Assembly (NCBI GenBank): GCA_035697845.1
Contig: DASSCI010000005.1
Location: forward strand, 8,262 to 72,261
Origin: Candidatus Limnocylindria bacterium
GTDB taxonomy: Bacteria; Chloroflexota; Limnocylindria; QHBO01
DNA length: 64,000 nt
Direction: 5' to 3'
Part shown: in pieces, positions 8,589 through 17,769 of the stretch
Layout: each line of letters opens with the position of its first letter
Numbering within the stretch: position 1 is the first letter of the stretch
Position numbers and translations under genes: made by a program
Notes under the pieces: model-generated
What the model saw: the letters and a program-made list of their open reading frames with translations, nothing else
Told to the model about the DNA's origin: nothing
Database searches by the model: none

Positions 8589-10310
8589 TTAAAACGAGCC
8601 CGACCCGCCGCCTCCGCCGCCTCCACCTCCGCCGCCGAAGCCACCGCCGCTGCTGCCGGACGAGCTCGACGGTGGCGACGAGCCGACGCTGCCGAGCGCG
8701 CTGAACATGCCGCCGATGTCGGGCATGGCGGATCCGGAAAAGATGCTCCCCGAGCCATAGCTGACGCCGCCCGCAACGTCGCCGGCGGAAGCGCTCCACG
8801 CGGACCCGGGGGTGGATCCGAGCCAGGTCGGGTAGTAGGCGCCGACGGGCGAGCCGGTCGAGTCGCGCTGGTTGGCAAGGCCGCGAGCAAGGAGCGACGC
8901 GACCTCGTCATGCAGCCCGAGCGCCAGGCCCCAGACCACTGCCTTGTCGGGTGTGTTCGCGAGCCGCGCGATGTCGGGCTCGTTCACCACCTCCTCCATG
9001 CTGTGCGCCAACTCCATCGTCTTGCGCAGCGTCCGCCGATAGGCGGACAACATGGCGTCGACGTAGGCACCCGCGGCGGTGCGTTGGCTCATGGCGCGCC
9101 CGAACCCGACGGTCCCCGCGCCGCCGAGCACCAGGGCGGCGCCCAGCAGGACGGCACCACTCATCGGGATCGAGACGCCGATGAAGATGGCGATCCCGCC
9201 CGCGATGGCCAGCCCGACCCCGATGACGGTCATGCGCGTGATCTCGGGTCCTGGCATGCGCGCCAGCCAGCCGAGGCGAACGGCCTCGGACTCGAGCGTC
9301 CCCTTCACGTCGTCGAGCTCCGAATTGACACGCCACAGCCGTTCGCGGCGCAGCGTGTCGCTCCCTCCGGCCAGCGAGCGCAGGGACGACCAAGCCTGGC
9401 GCTCCGGCGTCGCGAGGTCATCGTCGTCGCCGGGCGCCGCGTTGACGGTGATGGCCGGATCGGTCAGGGGATCGGGCTCGTCGTCGCTCTTGACCTCACG
9501 CACCCGGTCGAGGTTCTGGAACGTCAGGCGTCCGGTGCTTGCCAGCTCCGCGAGGACGGTGTTGATGCTGTGCTGGTTCGCCGTCCCGTTGCGGACGACG
9601 GTTGCCAGCGGTGGCGTCATCTCGGCCGGCGGACCGGCCATGAGGATGGACGGCGAGTCGATCAGCTCGGGATCGTCGCCCTCCCGCCGCCACTTCCACC
9701 AGGCCAGGCCGAGAATGACGATGAGTGCCAGCGGCGCGACGATGATGCCGAGCGCCGCGTTCACCACCCGGGCGACCGTCAGGGGCACCGTGTCGGGTGC
9801 CATGCGCCCCTGGATCGCGTCGATCGTGTCGAGCGTCGCGGAGTTGAGATCGCCGTCGGCCGCCCGGGGCACGAAGCGGTCGTCGATGATCGACTGGAGG
9901 CCATCCTCGTCGATGTGCTGGGCAAGGAAGCCCGACCCGCCGTACAGGCTGATCTTCCCGTGCACGCGGTCCTCGTTGAGGCCGACCATCAGCACCAGGC
10001 CGTCGTCGAATCCCTCCCGACCGATGCCCCATTGGTCCATCAGGGCGCGGGCGTTGGCCAGGTTCTCGTCCTCGCTGATGCCGGGATCGACCTGGGTGTA
10101 GACCACGATCTCGGCACCGACCGCGGCCTCGATGGCGTCGACCCGGGACTCGACCTCGGCGACGGTCTCGGCTCGCAGCACACCGGCCTCGTCGTACACC
10201 GCGCGGTCGCTCTGCGGATCGGGGAATGGCGGTCCCGCCGCGAGCGCGGCGCCGGCCAGCAGGGCCAAGAGCACGAGAGCGCTCGGGAGGGCACGAGCCC
10301 ATCGGTGCAT
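8589..10310 (-). CDS. TPM-domain (TLP18.3/Psb32/MOLO-1) plus DUF2207-type membrane protein with a Gly-rich C-terminal tail
   Basis: Start trimmed to MHRWARALPSALVLLALLAGA (signal peptide). The TPM domain (YDEAGVL...VVYTQVD...GLVLMVGLNEDRVHGKISLYGGSG) is followed by TM helices and a C-terminal GGGFGGGGGGGGGGGSGSF tail typical of this family. Confidence 0.75.
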   Translation of the reverse strand: MHRWARALPSALVLLALLAGAALAAGPPFPDPQSDRAVYDEAGVLRAETVAEVESRVDAIEAAVGAEIVVYTQVDPGISEDENLANARALMDQWGIGREGFDDGLVLMVGLNEDRVHGKISLYGGSGFLAQHIDEDGLQSIIDDRFVPRAADGDLNSATLDTIDAIQGRMAPDTVPLTVARVVNAALGIIVAPLALIVILGLAWWKWRREGDDPELIDSPSILMAGPPAEMTPPLATVVRNGTANQHSINTVLAELASTGRLTFQNLDRVREVKSDDEPDPLTDPAITVNAAPGDDDDLATPERQAWSSLRSLAGGSDTLRRERLWRVNSELDDVKGTLESEAVRLGWLARMPGPEITRMTVIGVGLAIAGGIAIFIGVSIPMSGAVLLGAALVLGGAGTVGFGRAMSQRTAAGAYVDAMLSAYRRTLRKTMELAHSMEEVVNEPDIARLANTPDKAVVWGLALGLHDEVASLLARGLANQRDSTGSPVGAYYPTWLGSTPGSAWSASAGDVAGGVSYGSGSIFSGSAMPDIGGMFSALGSVGSSPPSSSSGSSGGGFGGGGGGGGGGGSGSF

Positions 10311-10462
10311 GGGCGCCAGCATACCGGCTGGCACCCTTCTTGCGACCAACGCCGCGCTCAACGGGCGGCGAGTGTCCCGGTCGCGATCCACGCTGCGCGA
10401 CCTCGCCGCCCGCCCTTCGGTCCGCGCGCCCATCGCCGCGGACCCGTGCCTGGAGATGAACC

Positions 10463-10954
10463 ATGCAGCTTCGCGTCGGCGTCGTCACCGCGGTCTTCGT
10501 GTGCGCCGCGCTGCTCGTGGCCGACGTCGGCACGGCCGCGACGGCGATCGGGCCGCCGCTCCCAAAGGGCGCGAGCCCTCCGGCGCCGGCCGTGGAGCTG
10601 CCGCAGGCCCGGCCGCCGGAGCGTGGAGCAGTGCTCGCCGGCCATCCCGAGGGCTCGCCCAGCGACGAGATCGTCGGCACCGCGAGCAACTACGCCGGCA
10701 CCGCCGGCTGGATGGGCCAGGCGACGGTCGCCCTGCCGGGCGCGCTCGGGGGTCGCTATGACGGCCAGGTGAACGGCCACGTGACCGTCTGCGCCGAACG
10801 CTGCGCGCGGCTGCCGGTGGTCGACTGGTGCCACTGCTACTGGGACACCGGTGACGAGCGCATCGTCGACCTGTCGCACGCCGCCTGGGAGCTCGTCAGC
10901 GACGCCCCACTCGCGGAGGGACTGATCGAGGTTCGCCTCCAGCTCGACGACTAG
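10463..10954 (+). CDS. Secreted protein with RlpA-like double-psi beta-barrel domain (putative)
   Basis: 163 aa with an N-terminal signal/TM segment. GTASNYAGTAGWMGQATVALP...RIVDLSHAAW resembles the RlpA/DPBB pattern (G.ASWYG...TA.GE...IDLS.AA). Confidence 0.45.
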   Translation: MQLRVGVVTAVFVCAALLVADVGTAATAIGPPLPKGASPPAPAVELPQARPPERGAVLAGHPEGSPSDEIVGTASNYAGTAGWMGQATVALPGALGGRYDGQVNGHVTVCAERCARLPVVDWCHCYWDTGDERIVDLSHAAWELVSDAPLAEGLIEVRLQLDD

Positions 10955-10957
10955 CGG

Positions 10958-11404
10958 CTAGGAGCAGCTGACCGTCACCTCGGTCGGCTCGACCTGGAGC
11001 CCGGGGATGGTCTCGGTCTGCTCGGTCGTCGCGCCGCCCTCGATCGGCAGCGTGATGGCGCTGCGCGTGCGCAGCCGCTCGCCGGCATCGCCAAGCGCGA
11101 CCAGCTGGCACTTGGCGCGGCCCGCGCGCGTGCCCTCGTTCGTGACGGCGAAGGTGATCGACCAGCCCGGATCGGCGGCGTGAACCTCGTTCACCTGTGC
11201 CGCATACGGCCCCACGCCGCGGAACGAGAGGCTCGCGGCGAAGGCGAGTGCGGCCACGGCCAGCACGATGGCCACGGCCACGGTGCCGTGATACTGGGAC
11301 GCGGACGGCGCCACCATGCCAGCGCGATTGCAGACCTCGCAGATGGATTCGTCGGCGCCGATCTCGCGCCCGCACTTGATGCAGTTGCGCGTTTCGGCGC
11401 TCAT
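10958..11404 (-). CDS. Hypothetical membrane protein with N-terminal zinc ribbon (CxxC...CxxC)
   Basis: 148 aa. It has CIKCGREIGADESICEVC, a TM helix and an extracytoplasmic domain. Its start overlaps the stop of the upstream DUF1684 gene (ATGA), suggesting translational coupling. Confidence 0.55.
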   Translation of the reverse strand: MSAETRNCIKCGREIGADESICEVCNRAGMVAPSASQYHGTVAVAIVLAVAALAFAASLSFRGVGPYAAQVNEVHAADPGWSITFAVTNEGTRAGRAKCQLVALGDAGERLRTRSAITLPIEGGATTEQTETIPGLQVEPTEVTVSCS

Positions 11405-12081
11405 GCGGCCTCCTCGCCGGCCGCGCGGTCGAGCCGCTCGCCGGCCTGGATCGGGACGTCCAGCCAGTTCTCCTGCGGCGCCAGCGGACAGCTCCAGCGA
11501 GGGTCGAACACGCAGGACGGGTGGTAGGCGTAGTTGAAGTCCAGGACCAGCTTGCCGTCATCGGTCGTTCCGAGGTCCGCGCCCTTGGCCGAGTCCCACA
11601 GGTAGCGCCCGCCGCCATAGCTCGTTGAGCCGCTGGTGCCGTCGCGGAAGGGGATGAAGATGCCCCCGGCGTACTCCTCCAGCCAGAAGACCGAGAGGCG
11701 GCAGGCGGTGTCGCCGACGCGGAAGCTCACCCAGCCGATGCGCCGGAACGGGATGCCGAGGCCCTCTCCGGAGCGCGGAACGCCGATCGCCGGCGCCCCT
11801 GGGTCGGGCTCGAGTGTCGCGCGCAGGATCAGGTCATCGGCGTGGCGCCAGTAGGCGAGCCCGCGGAAGTCGCGCCGGACGGTGGTCGGGACCGGTGACG
11901 ATGGATGTTCGGCCACCAGGCGATCCTTCGCCGCTCGGAAGGCGACCGCGCGCATCGGGCCGGGGCGCTCATCGGCGCGAAGCGCGGCGTACATGGCGTG
12001 CACGCGGCGGCGCCAATCGGCGAGGGCCAGGTGCTCGGAAAGGGGGTCGGCTGGAGTCATCGGTGCGGGTTGATGATGCAT
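11401..12081 (-). CDS. DUF1684 domain protein
   Basis: Start trimmed to MHHQPAPMTP at 12081, because the longer track ORF overlaps the upstream SBP gene. The C-terminal FRDGTSGSTSYGGGRYLWD...LDFNYAYHPSCVFDPRWSCPLAPQENWLDVPIQAGE matches the DUF1684 consensus. Confidence 0.7.
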   Translation of the reverse strand: MHHQPAPMTPADPLSEHLALADWRRRVHAMYAALRADERPGPMRAVAFRAAKDRLVAEHPSSPVPTTVRRDFRGLAYWRHADDLILRATLEPDPGAPAIGVPRSGEGLGIPFRRIGWVSFRVGDTACRLSVFWLEEYAGGIFIPFRDGTSGSTSYGGGRYLWDSAKGADLGTTDDGKLVLDFNYAYHPSCVFDPRWSCPLAPQENWLDVPIQAGERLDRAAGEEAA

Positions 12082-12134
12082 GAGAAGGGGCGAGCCGGCG
12101 AACCGGCCCGCCCCGTGGCGTTGAGAGGAGGGAG

Positions 12135-13070
12135 CTAGTTCAGGCCGTTGTCGCTCAGCCAGCCGCTGGCGATGTCCGCGTAGCTCTCCTGGTCGGCGAT
12201 GCGCAGGTTCAGTGCGGTGAGCTCGTCGGTGGTGAGCAGCTCGGTCACCGCGTTGAGCGCGCCGGCCAGGGCGTCCCCGCCGGCATCGGCCAGCTCCTGG
12301 GTCATCACCGGGGCGAGATTCTGCGCCGGGGCCAGGCCCTTGTCGTCCTCCATGAGGACGAAGTTGAAGCCCGCGATCTCCGCCTGGGTGGTGCAGACCT
12401 GCGCGACGTCGATGGCGCTGTTGTTCAGGGCCTCGGCGATCTCGGCACTGCACGGCGTCAGCGACTCGGTGTCGAGCGTGCTGATGTCGATGCCGTAGAC
12501 GTCGTTGAGGCCGGGTCCGCACAGCGGGTTGTCGGGGCACCCGGAGGCGAGGCCCCACACCAGCTGATCGGCCACGCCGGCGAGGTCGCTCATGGTCGCC
12601 AGACTGAGCTCGTCAGCGGTCTCCTGCCGGACGACGAAGCCGTCCGCATCGGTGCCGGGCGAGTAGTCGAGCGCCGTCTGGGGCGGGTCCTCCTCACCCA
12701 GCGCGGCCACCATGGCGTCGTGGGTCGCATCGGCATCCGATGACACCTCCGCACCGAGCAGGCTGGCCAGGCCACCGAGGTAGTCGGGCGCCAGGTTGAT
12801 CTCGCCGGCGCCGAACGCCGCCCGGACGGCGTCGCGTTCGCCCAGCTCGAGGTGGCGGTCGACGGTGAATCCGTTGGCCTCGAGCGCCTGGGCATAGATC
12901 TCGGCCACCAATGCTGCCTCGGGGAACGCGGCCGAGCCGATCGAGACGGAGGGCAGGTCCGCCGGCTGGCTCGCACCAGCCGAAGCGCTCTCGCCCTCAC
13001 CCGACGAGCACGCGCTGAGAACCAGCGCGAGCGACGCCGCCCCGAGGGCGAGCTTGCGGTGCATCCGCAT
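12135..13070 (-). CDS. Glycine betaine/choline ABC transporter substrate-binding lipoprotein (OpuAC/OpuBC family)
   Basis: 311 aa with a lipobox LSAC. It shows substrate-binding family similarity and lies in an operon with two OpuB-type permeases and a CBS-containing ATPase. Confidence 0.8.
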   Translation of the reverse strand: MRMHRKLALGAASLALVLSACSSGEGESASAGASQPADLPSVSIGSAAFPEAALVAEIYAQALEANGFTVDRHLELGERDAVRAAFGAGEINLAPDYLGGLASLLGAEVSSDADATHDAMVAALGEEDPPQTALDYSPGTDADGFVVRQETADELSLATMSDLAGVADQLVWGLASGCPDNPLCGPGLNDVYGIDISTLDTESLTPCSAEIAEALNNSAIDVAQVCTTQAEIAGFNFVLMEDDKGLAPAQNLAPVMTQELADAGGDALAGALNAVTELLTTDELTALNLRIADQESYADIASGWLSDNGLN

Positions 13071-13193
13071 GGGTTATCTCCTCCAGTGGGTTGACATGGC
13101 GCGAGCCGTGAGCCGGTTCGCGGTGGGCGGCAGTCTACCGCAGGGTTCTGGACAGGCCCTGTCATGCATATACGCACGACGTGGCGAATTGGA

Positions 13194-13937
13194 TCAGCCG
13201 GCGACCCGCGGGAGGGCCACTCCGCCGGGCTCGATCGGCGCGGCTTGCCCACCTCGTCGGATGCCTGGCGAAATCGCCCTGCGCTCGAGGAGGCTGAAGG
13301 CGAGCTCGGTGAGAATGGCCAGGATCGCGACCAGGATGGCGGCGCCGACGACTCGATCGAGCGCGCGCACGAAGATGCCCTGGATGATGAAGTCGCCCAG
13401 CGTCCCGCCGCCGACGATGGCGGCCAGGGTCGCGGTTGCCACGATCTGGACCGCGGAGACGCGAATGCCGGCCAGGATCACCGGCAGGGCGACCGGGATC
13501 TCGACCTGGCGAACCACGTCCATCTCGCGCATCCCCATGCCCCGGCCCGCCTCGACGAGGTCCGCATCGACCTCGCGCATGCCGGCGTAGGCGTTCGTCA
13601 CGATGGGTGGGATGCCGAGCGCCGTCAGAGCGATCACGGACGGCACGAACCCGAGCCCTCCGCGACCGAAAGCAACGAGGGTGAGCGGGAAGACGATGCC
13701 CAGCCACCCGATCGACGGCACAGCTCGGCCGATGTTGGCGATCGCAATGACCGCGGTCGCTCCGCGCCCGGTGTGGCCGATCCAGACGCCGATCGGCAGG
13801 CCGATGGCGATGGCGGCGGCCAGCGCGGCAGCTGACAGCGACACGTGCTCCCACAGCCGCAGGAAGATGCCATTGCGTGGATCGGTCCAGTTCGCCGGAT
13901 CGGCGAGCCAGGCGATGCCCTGGCCGAACAGCTCCAT
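13194..13937 (-). CDS. Osmoprotectant ABC transporter permease (OpuBB/OpuCB-like)
   Basis: 247 aa polytopic membrane protein of the BPD-transporter family. Confidence 0.8.
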   Translation of the reverse strand: MELFGQGIAWLADPANWTDPRNGIFLRLWEHVSLSAAALAAAIAIGLPIGVWIGHTGRGATAVIAIANIGRAVPSIGWLGIVFPLTLVAFGRGGLGFVPSVIALTALGIPPIVTNAYAGMREVDADLVEAGRGMGMREMDVVRQVEIPVALPVILAGIRVSAVQIVATATLAAIVGGGTLGDFIIQGIFVRALDRVVGAAILVAILAILTELAFSLLERRAISPGIRRGGQAAPIEPGGVALPRVAG

Positions 13938-13940
13938 CGG

Positions 13941-14603
13941 TCAGCGGCCCTGGGCCGCAGCCCACGGCGTCAGGCGACGCTGCAGCCAGAGCAGAAGCAG
14001 GTCCGCCACGACGGCCAGGACGACGCACAGGGCCACGCCAACGTAGATGGAGGTCGGGAAGAACCTGCGCGTCCCGCTGTTGATGATCAGGTAGCCGAGC
14101 CCGCCAAGGCCGATGAAGGTGGTGATCGCCACGAGGCCGACGGTGGTGACGGTTGCGATGCGCAGCCCCGCGACGATGACCGGGGTGGCGACCGGCAGCT
14201 CGACGCGCCAGAAGCGCTGGAGCGGGCCGTAGCCCATGCCGGTGGCCGCCTCGACGACCTCGGGGGGCACGCCGTCGAGGGCGACGACGATGTTGCGCAC
14301 CAGGATCAGCAGCGTGTACAGCACCAGCGCCACGATCCCGGTGGTCAGGCTCAGCCCGGTGATCGGGATGAGCAGGACGAACAACGCGAGCGATGGGATC
14401 GCGTAGAGCGTGCTGGTGACGGCGATGATCGGCCCGTACGTCCACCGATGGCTCCGCGCCAGCAGCGCCAGCCCGAAGCTGATCACGAAGCCGATGAGCA
14501 CGGAGGCGACGACCATGAGGACATGCTCGCCGAGGCGCTGGCCGATCTGACCGAGGTTGTCGATGATCCAGTCGAAGCGGATGAACGGCTCGTCCGCGTT
14601 CAT
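13941..14603 (-). CDS. Osmoprotectant ABC transporter permease (OpuBD/OpuCD-like)
   Basis: 220 aa polytopic membrane protein. Its stop overlaps the ATPase gene by 4 nt. Confidence 0.8.
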   Translation of the reverse strand: MNADEPFIRFDWIIDNLGQIGQRLGEHVLMVVASVLIGFVISFGLALLARSHRWTYGPIIAVTSTLYAIPSLALFVLLIPITGLSLTTGIVALVLYTLLILVRNIVVALDGVPPEVVEAATGMGYGPLQRFWRVELPVATPVIVAGLRIATVTTVGLVAITTFIGLGGLGYLIINSGTRRFFPTSIYVGVALCVVLAVVADLLLLWLQRRLTPWAAAQGR

Positions 14604-15742
14604 GTGGGCGACCCGGCCTTGCGGAGCCGATCGCTGATGCTCTCGACGCTGACGAGGCCGATGACCCGCTCGCGCTCGTCGACCACCACGCCGAGCATGA
14701 CGCTCGAGCCGAGCAGTGCGGACAGCGCGTCGCGCAACGTCGTCTCCGGTTCCACCGTCACCGCTCCCGCCCGTGCCGCGTCGGCGGTGATGGTCCCGTC
14801 ACCGGCCAGCTCGTCGTCGTCGATCCAGCCGATCGGCCGCCCCTCGGCGTCGACCAGCAGCGCGTACCCTGCTCCGTCGCCGTCGCGCAGTCGACCACGT
14901 GCTGCGGCGCGGTCGTCGCCCGCTCGCACGACGATCGGGCGGGTCAGCTCCAGATCGCTCACGCGATTGAGCGAGAGGCGTTTGAGGCCGCGGTCCGCGC
15001 CGACGAAGTGCTCGACGAACTCCGACGCGGGCTCGGCCAGGATCGCGGCCGGCGCGTCGTACTGGGCGAGCGTGCCGCCACGCTGGAGGATCGCGATGCG
15101 GTCGGCCATCTTGATCGCTTCGTCCACGTCGTGGGTCACGAAGATGACCGTCTTGCCGACTTTGTCCTGCAGCCGGAGGAACTCGTTCTGCAGGCGGTCG
15201 CGCCGGATCGGATCCACCGCGCCGAATGGCTCATCCATGAGCATGACCGGGGGATCGGCCGCCAGCGCGCGCGCGACGCCGACGCGCTGACGCTCGCCAC
15301 CGGACAGCTCGGCCGGATAGCGGTCGGCGTAGGAGCCGGCCTCGAGGCCGATGAGGTCGAGCAGCTCCTCGACTCGCGTCCGGATGCGCGGCTTGTCCCA
15401 GTCCAGAAGGCCCGGGACGACGGCGATGTTCTCCGCGACGGTGAGGTGTGGAAACAGGCCGACCTGCTGGATGACGTAGCCGATGCGCCGGCGCAGCTCG
15501 ACGGCCGGCAGGCTCATGACGTCCTGCCCGTCGATGGTGATCCGCCCCGAGGTCGGCTCGATCAGCCGGTTCACCATCTTCATGGTGGTGGTCTTCCCCG
15601 ATCCCGACGGGCCGACCAGCACGCAGATCTCGCCCGCGGCGACGGTGAAGGTCAGATCGTCGACCGCCGGTGGCCCACCGCTCCGGCCATATCGCTTGGT
15701 GACGTGCTCGAAGGCGACGACGGCACCGGCGGCATCCTGCAT
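14600..15742 (-). CDS. Glycine betaine/proline ABC transporter ATP-binding protein with tandem C-terminal CBS domains (OpuAA/OpuCA-like)
   Basis: 380 aa. Walker A GPSGSGKTT, ABC signature LSGGERQRV, Walker B MLMDEPFGAVD, plus C-terminal CBS pair. Confidence 0.85.
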   Translation of the reverse strand: MQDAAGAVVAFEHVTKRYGRSGGPPAVDDLTFTVAAGEICVLVGPSGSGKTTTMKMVNRLIEPTSGRITIDGQDVMSLPAVELRRRIGYVIQQVGLFPHLTVAENIAVVPGLLDWDKPRIRTRVEELLDLIGLEAGSYADRYPAELSGGERQRVGVARALAADPPVMLMDEPFGAVDPIRRDRLQNEFLRLQDKVGKTVIFVTHDVDEAIKMADRIAILQRGGTLAQYDAPAAILAEPASEFVEHFVGADRGLKRLSLNRVSDLELTRPIVVRAGDDRAAARGRLRDGDGAGYALLVDAEGRPIGWIDDDELAGDGTITADAARAGAVTVEPETTLRDALSALLGSSVMLGVVVDERERVIGLVSVESISDRLRKAGSPT

Positions 15743-15751
15743 CGGCTCATC

Positions 15752-17752
15752 TTATGGGTCGCGCAGGTGCCAGATGCGCGGGCCGGCGTCGTAGACGAGC
15801 TCGAAGGCCGGATCACTGGCGAAGTCGACCGCTGCAACGCACGGCGTCGGACGCGCTCCATCCACCACGTAGCTCGCCCCGTAACGCCGCATCAGCTCGG
15901 CCGACAGGGCGGTGTCGCCGCCGCAGTAGATGCTGATCACGTTGCTGATCCGCTCATCTGGGCGGTAGCCAAGGTTGGCGACGTACGGCCCGAAGGTCGT
16001 GAGCCGCTTGCGTCCCGCCGCATCGGTCAGCGAGTTGACCCAGCCGTCGGTCACGAAGACGGCGTCCGGTGGCGAGTAAGCGGCCACCCAGTGGGCCGCC
16101 TCCAAGTCGGCCGTCGAAAGCACCTGGAGATTGCTGGTCGCAGTCCATCCCGCAACGAGGAGCGGCGACGGCACGCTGAGCGCGATGACCGCCGCCATCG
16201 CGGGCGCCGGCCAGCGACGGATCAGCCACGCGGCCAGGACGGCGACGGCGATCCACATCGCCTGGAAGTACTTGTTCATGTCGAAGTCGATGACGCTGAG
16301 CTGCACGACGTTCGGGACCAGGAACAGGCCGATGACCCAGGCCGCGACGAAGCCGCGTTGCGGCACGCGGGGCAGCAGCAGGGCGGCCAGTGCGAGCACG
16401 AAGGGGACGCCGAGGTTGGTGAGGTAGAAGAAGAGCACGGCAGCCAGGCCGTCCTCGCGAGGAGCCGACGGCCAGACGCTCACCACCTGGACCGCGCCCG
16501 AACCACCCGCCTGCAGCGCCGGCGCGATCACGAAGGGCAGCGCCAGCACGTACGGCGCGAGGAGCATGAGCGCGTTCCGCGGCGCCGACGCGTCGAGCAG
16601 CCGCCGGTTGGCCACGACCCAGGCCAACGCGATCAGCGGGAAGACGGGGAAGAAGAAGAAGTGGAACGGCGCCAGCAGGGCCGCGAGCACGCCCGCGGCG
16701 CCGATGACCAAGGGCCGATCGCGCCAGCCACGCGCACGCTGGCGCGCCGATGGAAGCCCGGCGATGAGCAGCAGCACCGCACCGATGAGCATCGGCAGCC
16801 CGGCCGTCGTTGCGCGGTGCGCCAGCAGACCGGTGCCCATGACCGACGGGATTCGGAAGTACGGCCAGCCGGTGAGCCACTGGTTGTCGTAGCTGTTGTG
16901 CGCGATGAGCTCGAGCGGCGAGAGCTGGCCCGCGCCGACGTCGCCGATGAAGCGGATGTAGCCGAGGCCGCCGCCGAACACGGCCAGCGTCGCCGCCAGC
17001 AGCGCGACGCGACGGGCGTCGCGACCGCGCATCAGGCGGCGCGCGAGCGATGCGACGACGAGGACCAGCGCGAACGCAAGCAGCGCCGACTGGAAGACCA
17101 TGGCCGGAACGCTGAAGATGCCGGCGGCGGCGGCCAGGATGGCGGCGTGGAAGTCGGCGAACCAGTGATAGGTCAGTGGCACACCGGCGAAGTACGGCAC
17201 CTCCGGCGGGAAGTTCGCGCCGGCATTGAGCGTCTCGGCAATCGAGAGGTGCACGCCGAGGTCGCTCCAGTTCGAGCCGCCTGACGAGACGCCGTCCGGC
17301 GTCACGCGCCAGATTCCGACCGCGAGCGTCACTCCCACGACCAGCGCCGCCAGTGCGCCGAGCGCCACGACCGCAACGGCGCCGCGGCCGAGCCGCGACC
17401 GATGAGGAGCCGCCCACGCGGCCACCGGCAGCGGCGTCGCGAGCAGCGCCGCAGCCAGGAAGAGCGTCCCGCGCGTGTACCCACCGGTCAGCTGGGAGAG
17501 CCAGTACACGAGGTGCGTCGACAGCGCCACCGAGCCGACGACGGCGAGGCCCAACCTGCCGGCCGTGTCGATGCGGGGACCGAGACGGGCGAGCAGGAAC
17601 CAGCCCGGCACGATCACCAGGAGCGGCCACACCAGCAGCGGCGCAGTGGGCGGAGCAAGCCACGCCACAACGAGCGCGGCCGCGACGATCGCCGTCGCCA
17701 CCACGGCTCGGCCGGCCGGGGTTCTCATCGGCTGCGGATCATGTCGAGCCAA
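15752..17752 (-). CDS. Large polytopic membrane protein (more than 10 TM helices plus a C-terminal extracytoplasmic domain); putative GT-C-type glycosyltransferase, function unknown
   Basis: 666 aa hydrophobic ORF with periplasmic loops. The fold class was not assigned from sequence. It is divergent from the PAP2 phosphatase gene, with only 18 bp between start codons. Confidence 0.6.
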   Translation of the reverse strand: MARHDPQPMRTPAGRAVVATAIVAAALVVAWLAPPTAPLLVWPLLVIVPGWFLLARLGPRIDTAGRLGLAVVGSVALSTHLVYWLSQLTGGYTRGTLFLAAALLATPLPVAAWAAPHRSRLGRGAVAVVALGALAALVVGVTLAVGIWRVTPDGVSSGGSNWSDLGVHLSIAETLNAGANFPPEVPYFAGVPLTYHWFADFHAAILAAAAGIFSVPAMVFQSALLAFALVLVVASLARRLMRGRDARRVALLAATLAVFGGGLGYIRFIGDVGAGQLSPLELIAHNSYDNQWLTGWPYFRIPSVMGTGLLAHRATTAGLPMLIGAVLLLIAGLPSARQRARGWRDRPLVIGAAGVLAALLAPFHFFFFPVFPLIALAWVVANRRLLDASAPRNALMLLAPYVLALPFVIAPALQAGGSGAVQVVSVWPSAPREDGLAAVLFFYLTNLGVPFVLALAALLLPRVPQRGFVAAWVIGLFLVPNVVQLSVIDFDMNKYFQAMWIAVAVLAAWLIRRWPAPAMAAVIALSVPSPLLVAGWTATSNLQVLSTADLEAAHWVAAYSPPDAVFVTDGWVNSLTDAAGRKRLTTFGPYVANLGYRPDERISNVISIYCGGDTALSAELMRRYGASYVVDGARPTPCVAAVDFASDPAFELVYDAGPRIWHLRDP

Positions 17753-17769
17753 CCCTAGACTGGCTGCCC

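Noticed and set aside
7992-10772. 926 aa plus-strand ORF, together with similar long Arg/Gly/Asp-rich ORFs at 15008..17284 (+), 43635..45944 (-), 23411..25468 (-), 30717..32618 (-) and 61033..62925 (-)
   Set aside because: They lie antisense to, or out of frame with, well-supported genes (TPM protein, opu ATPase/membrane protein, hppA, fadD, DRTGG protein, dnaX). They are low-complexity translations expected from ~70 % GC DNA, which is stop-codon-poor, and have no recognisable domains.
11401-12558. Long N-terminal extensions of the DUF1684 ORF, the coaBC ORF (33622..35490) and the PAP2 ORF (17353..18486)
   Set aside because: The extended parts are Arg/Pro-rich and overlap the neighbouring genes (SBP gene, coaX, membrane protein). 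Conserved N-terminal motifs begin at internal Met codons, so the starts were trimmed.
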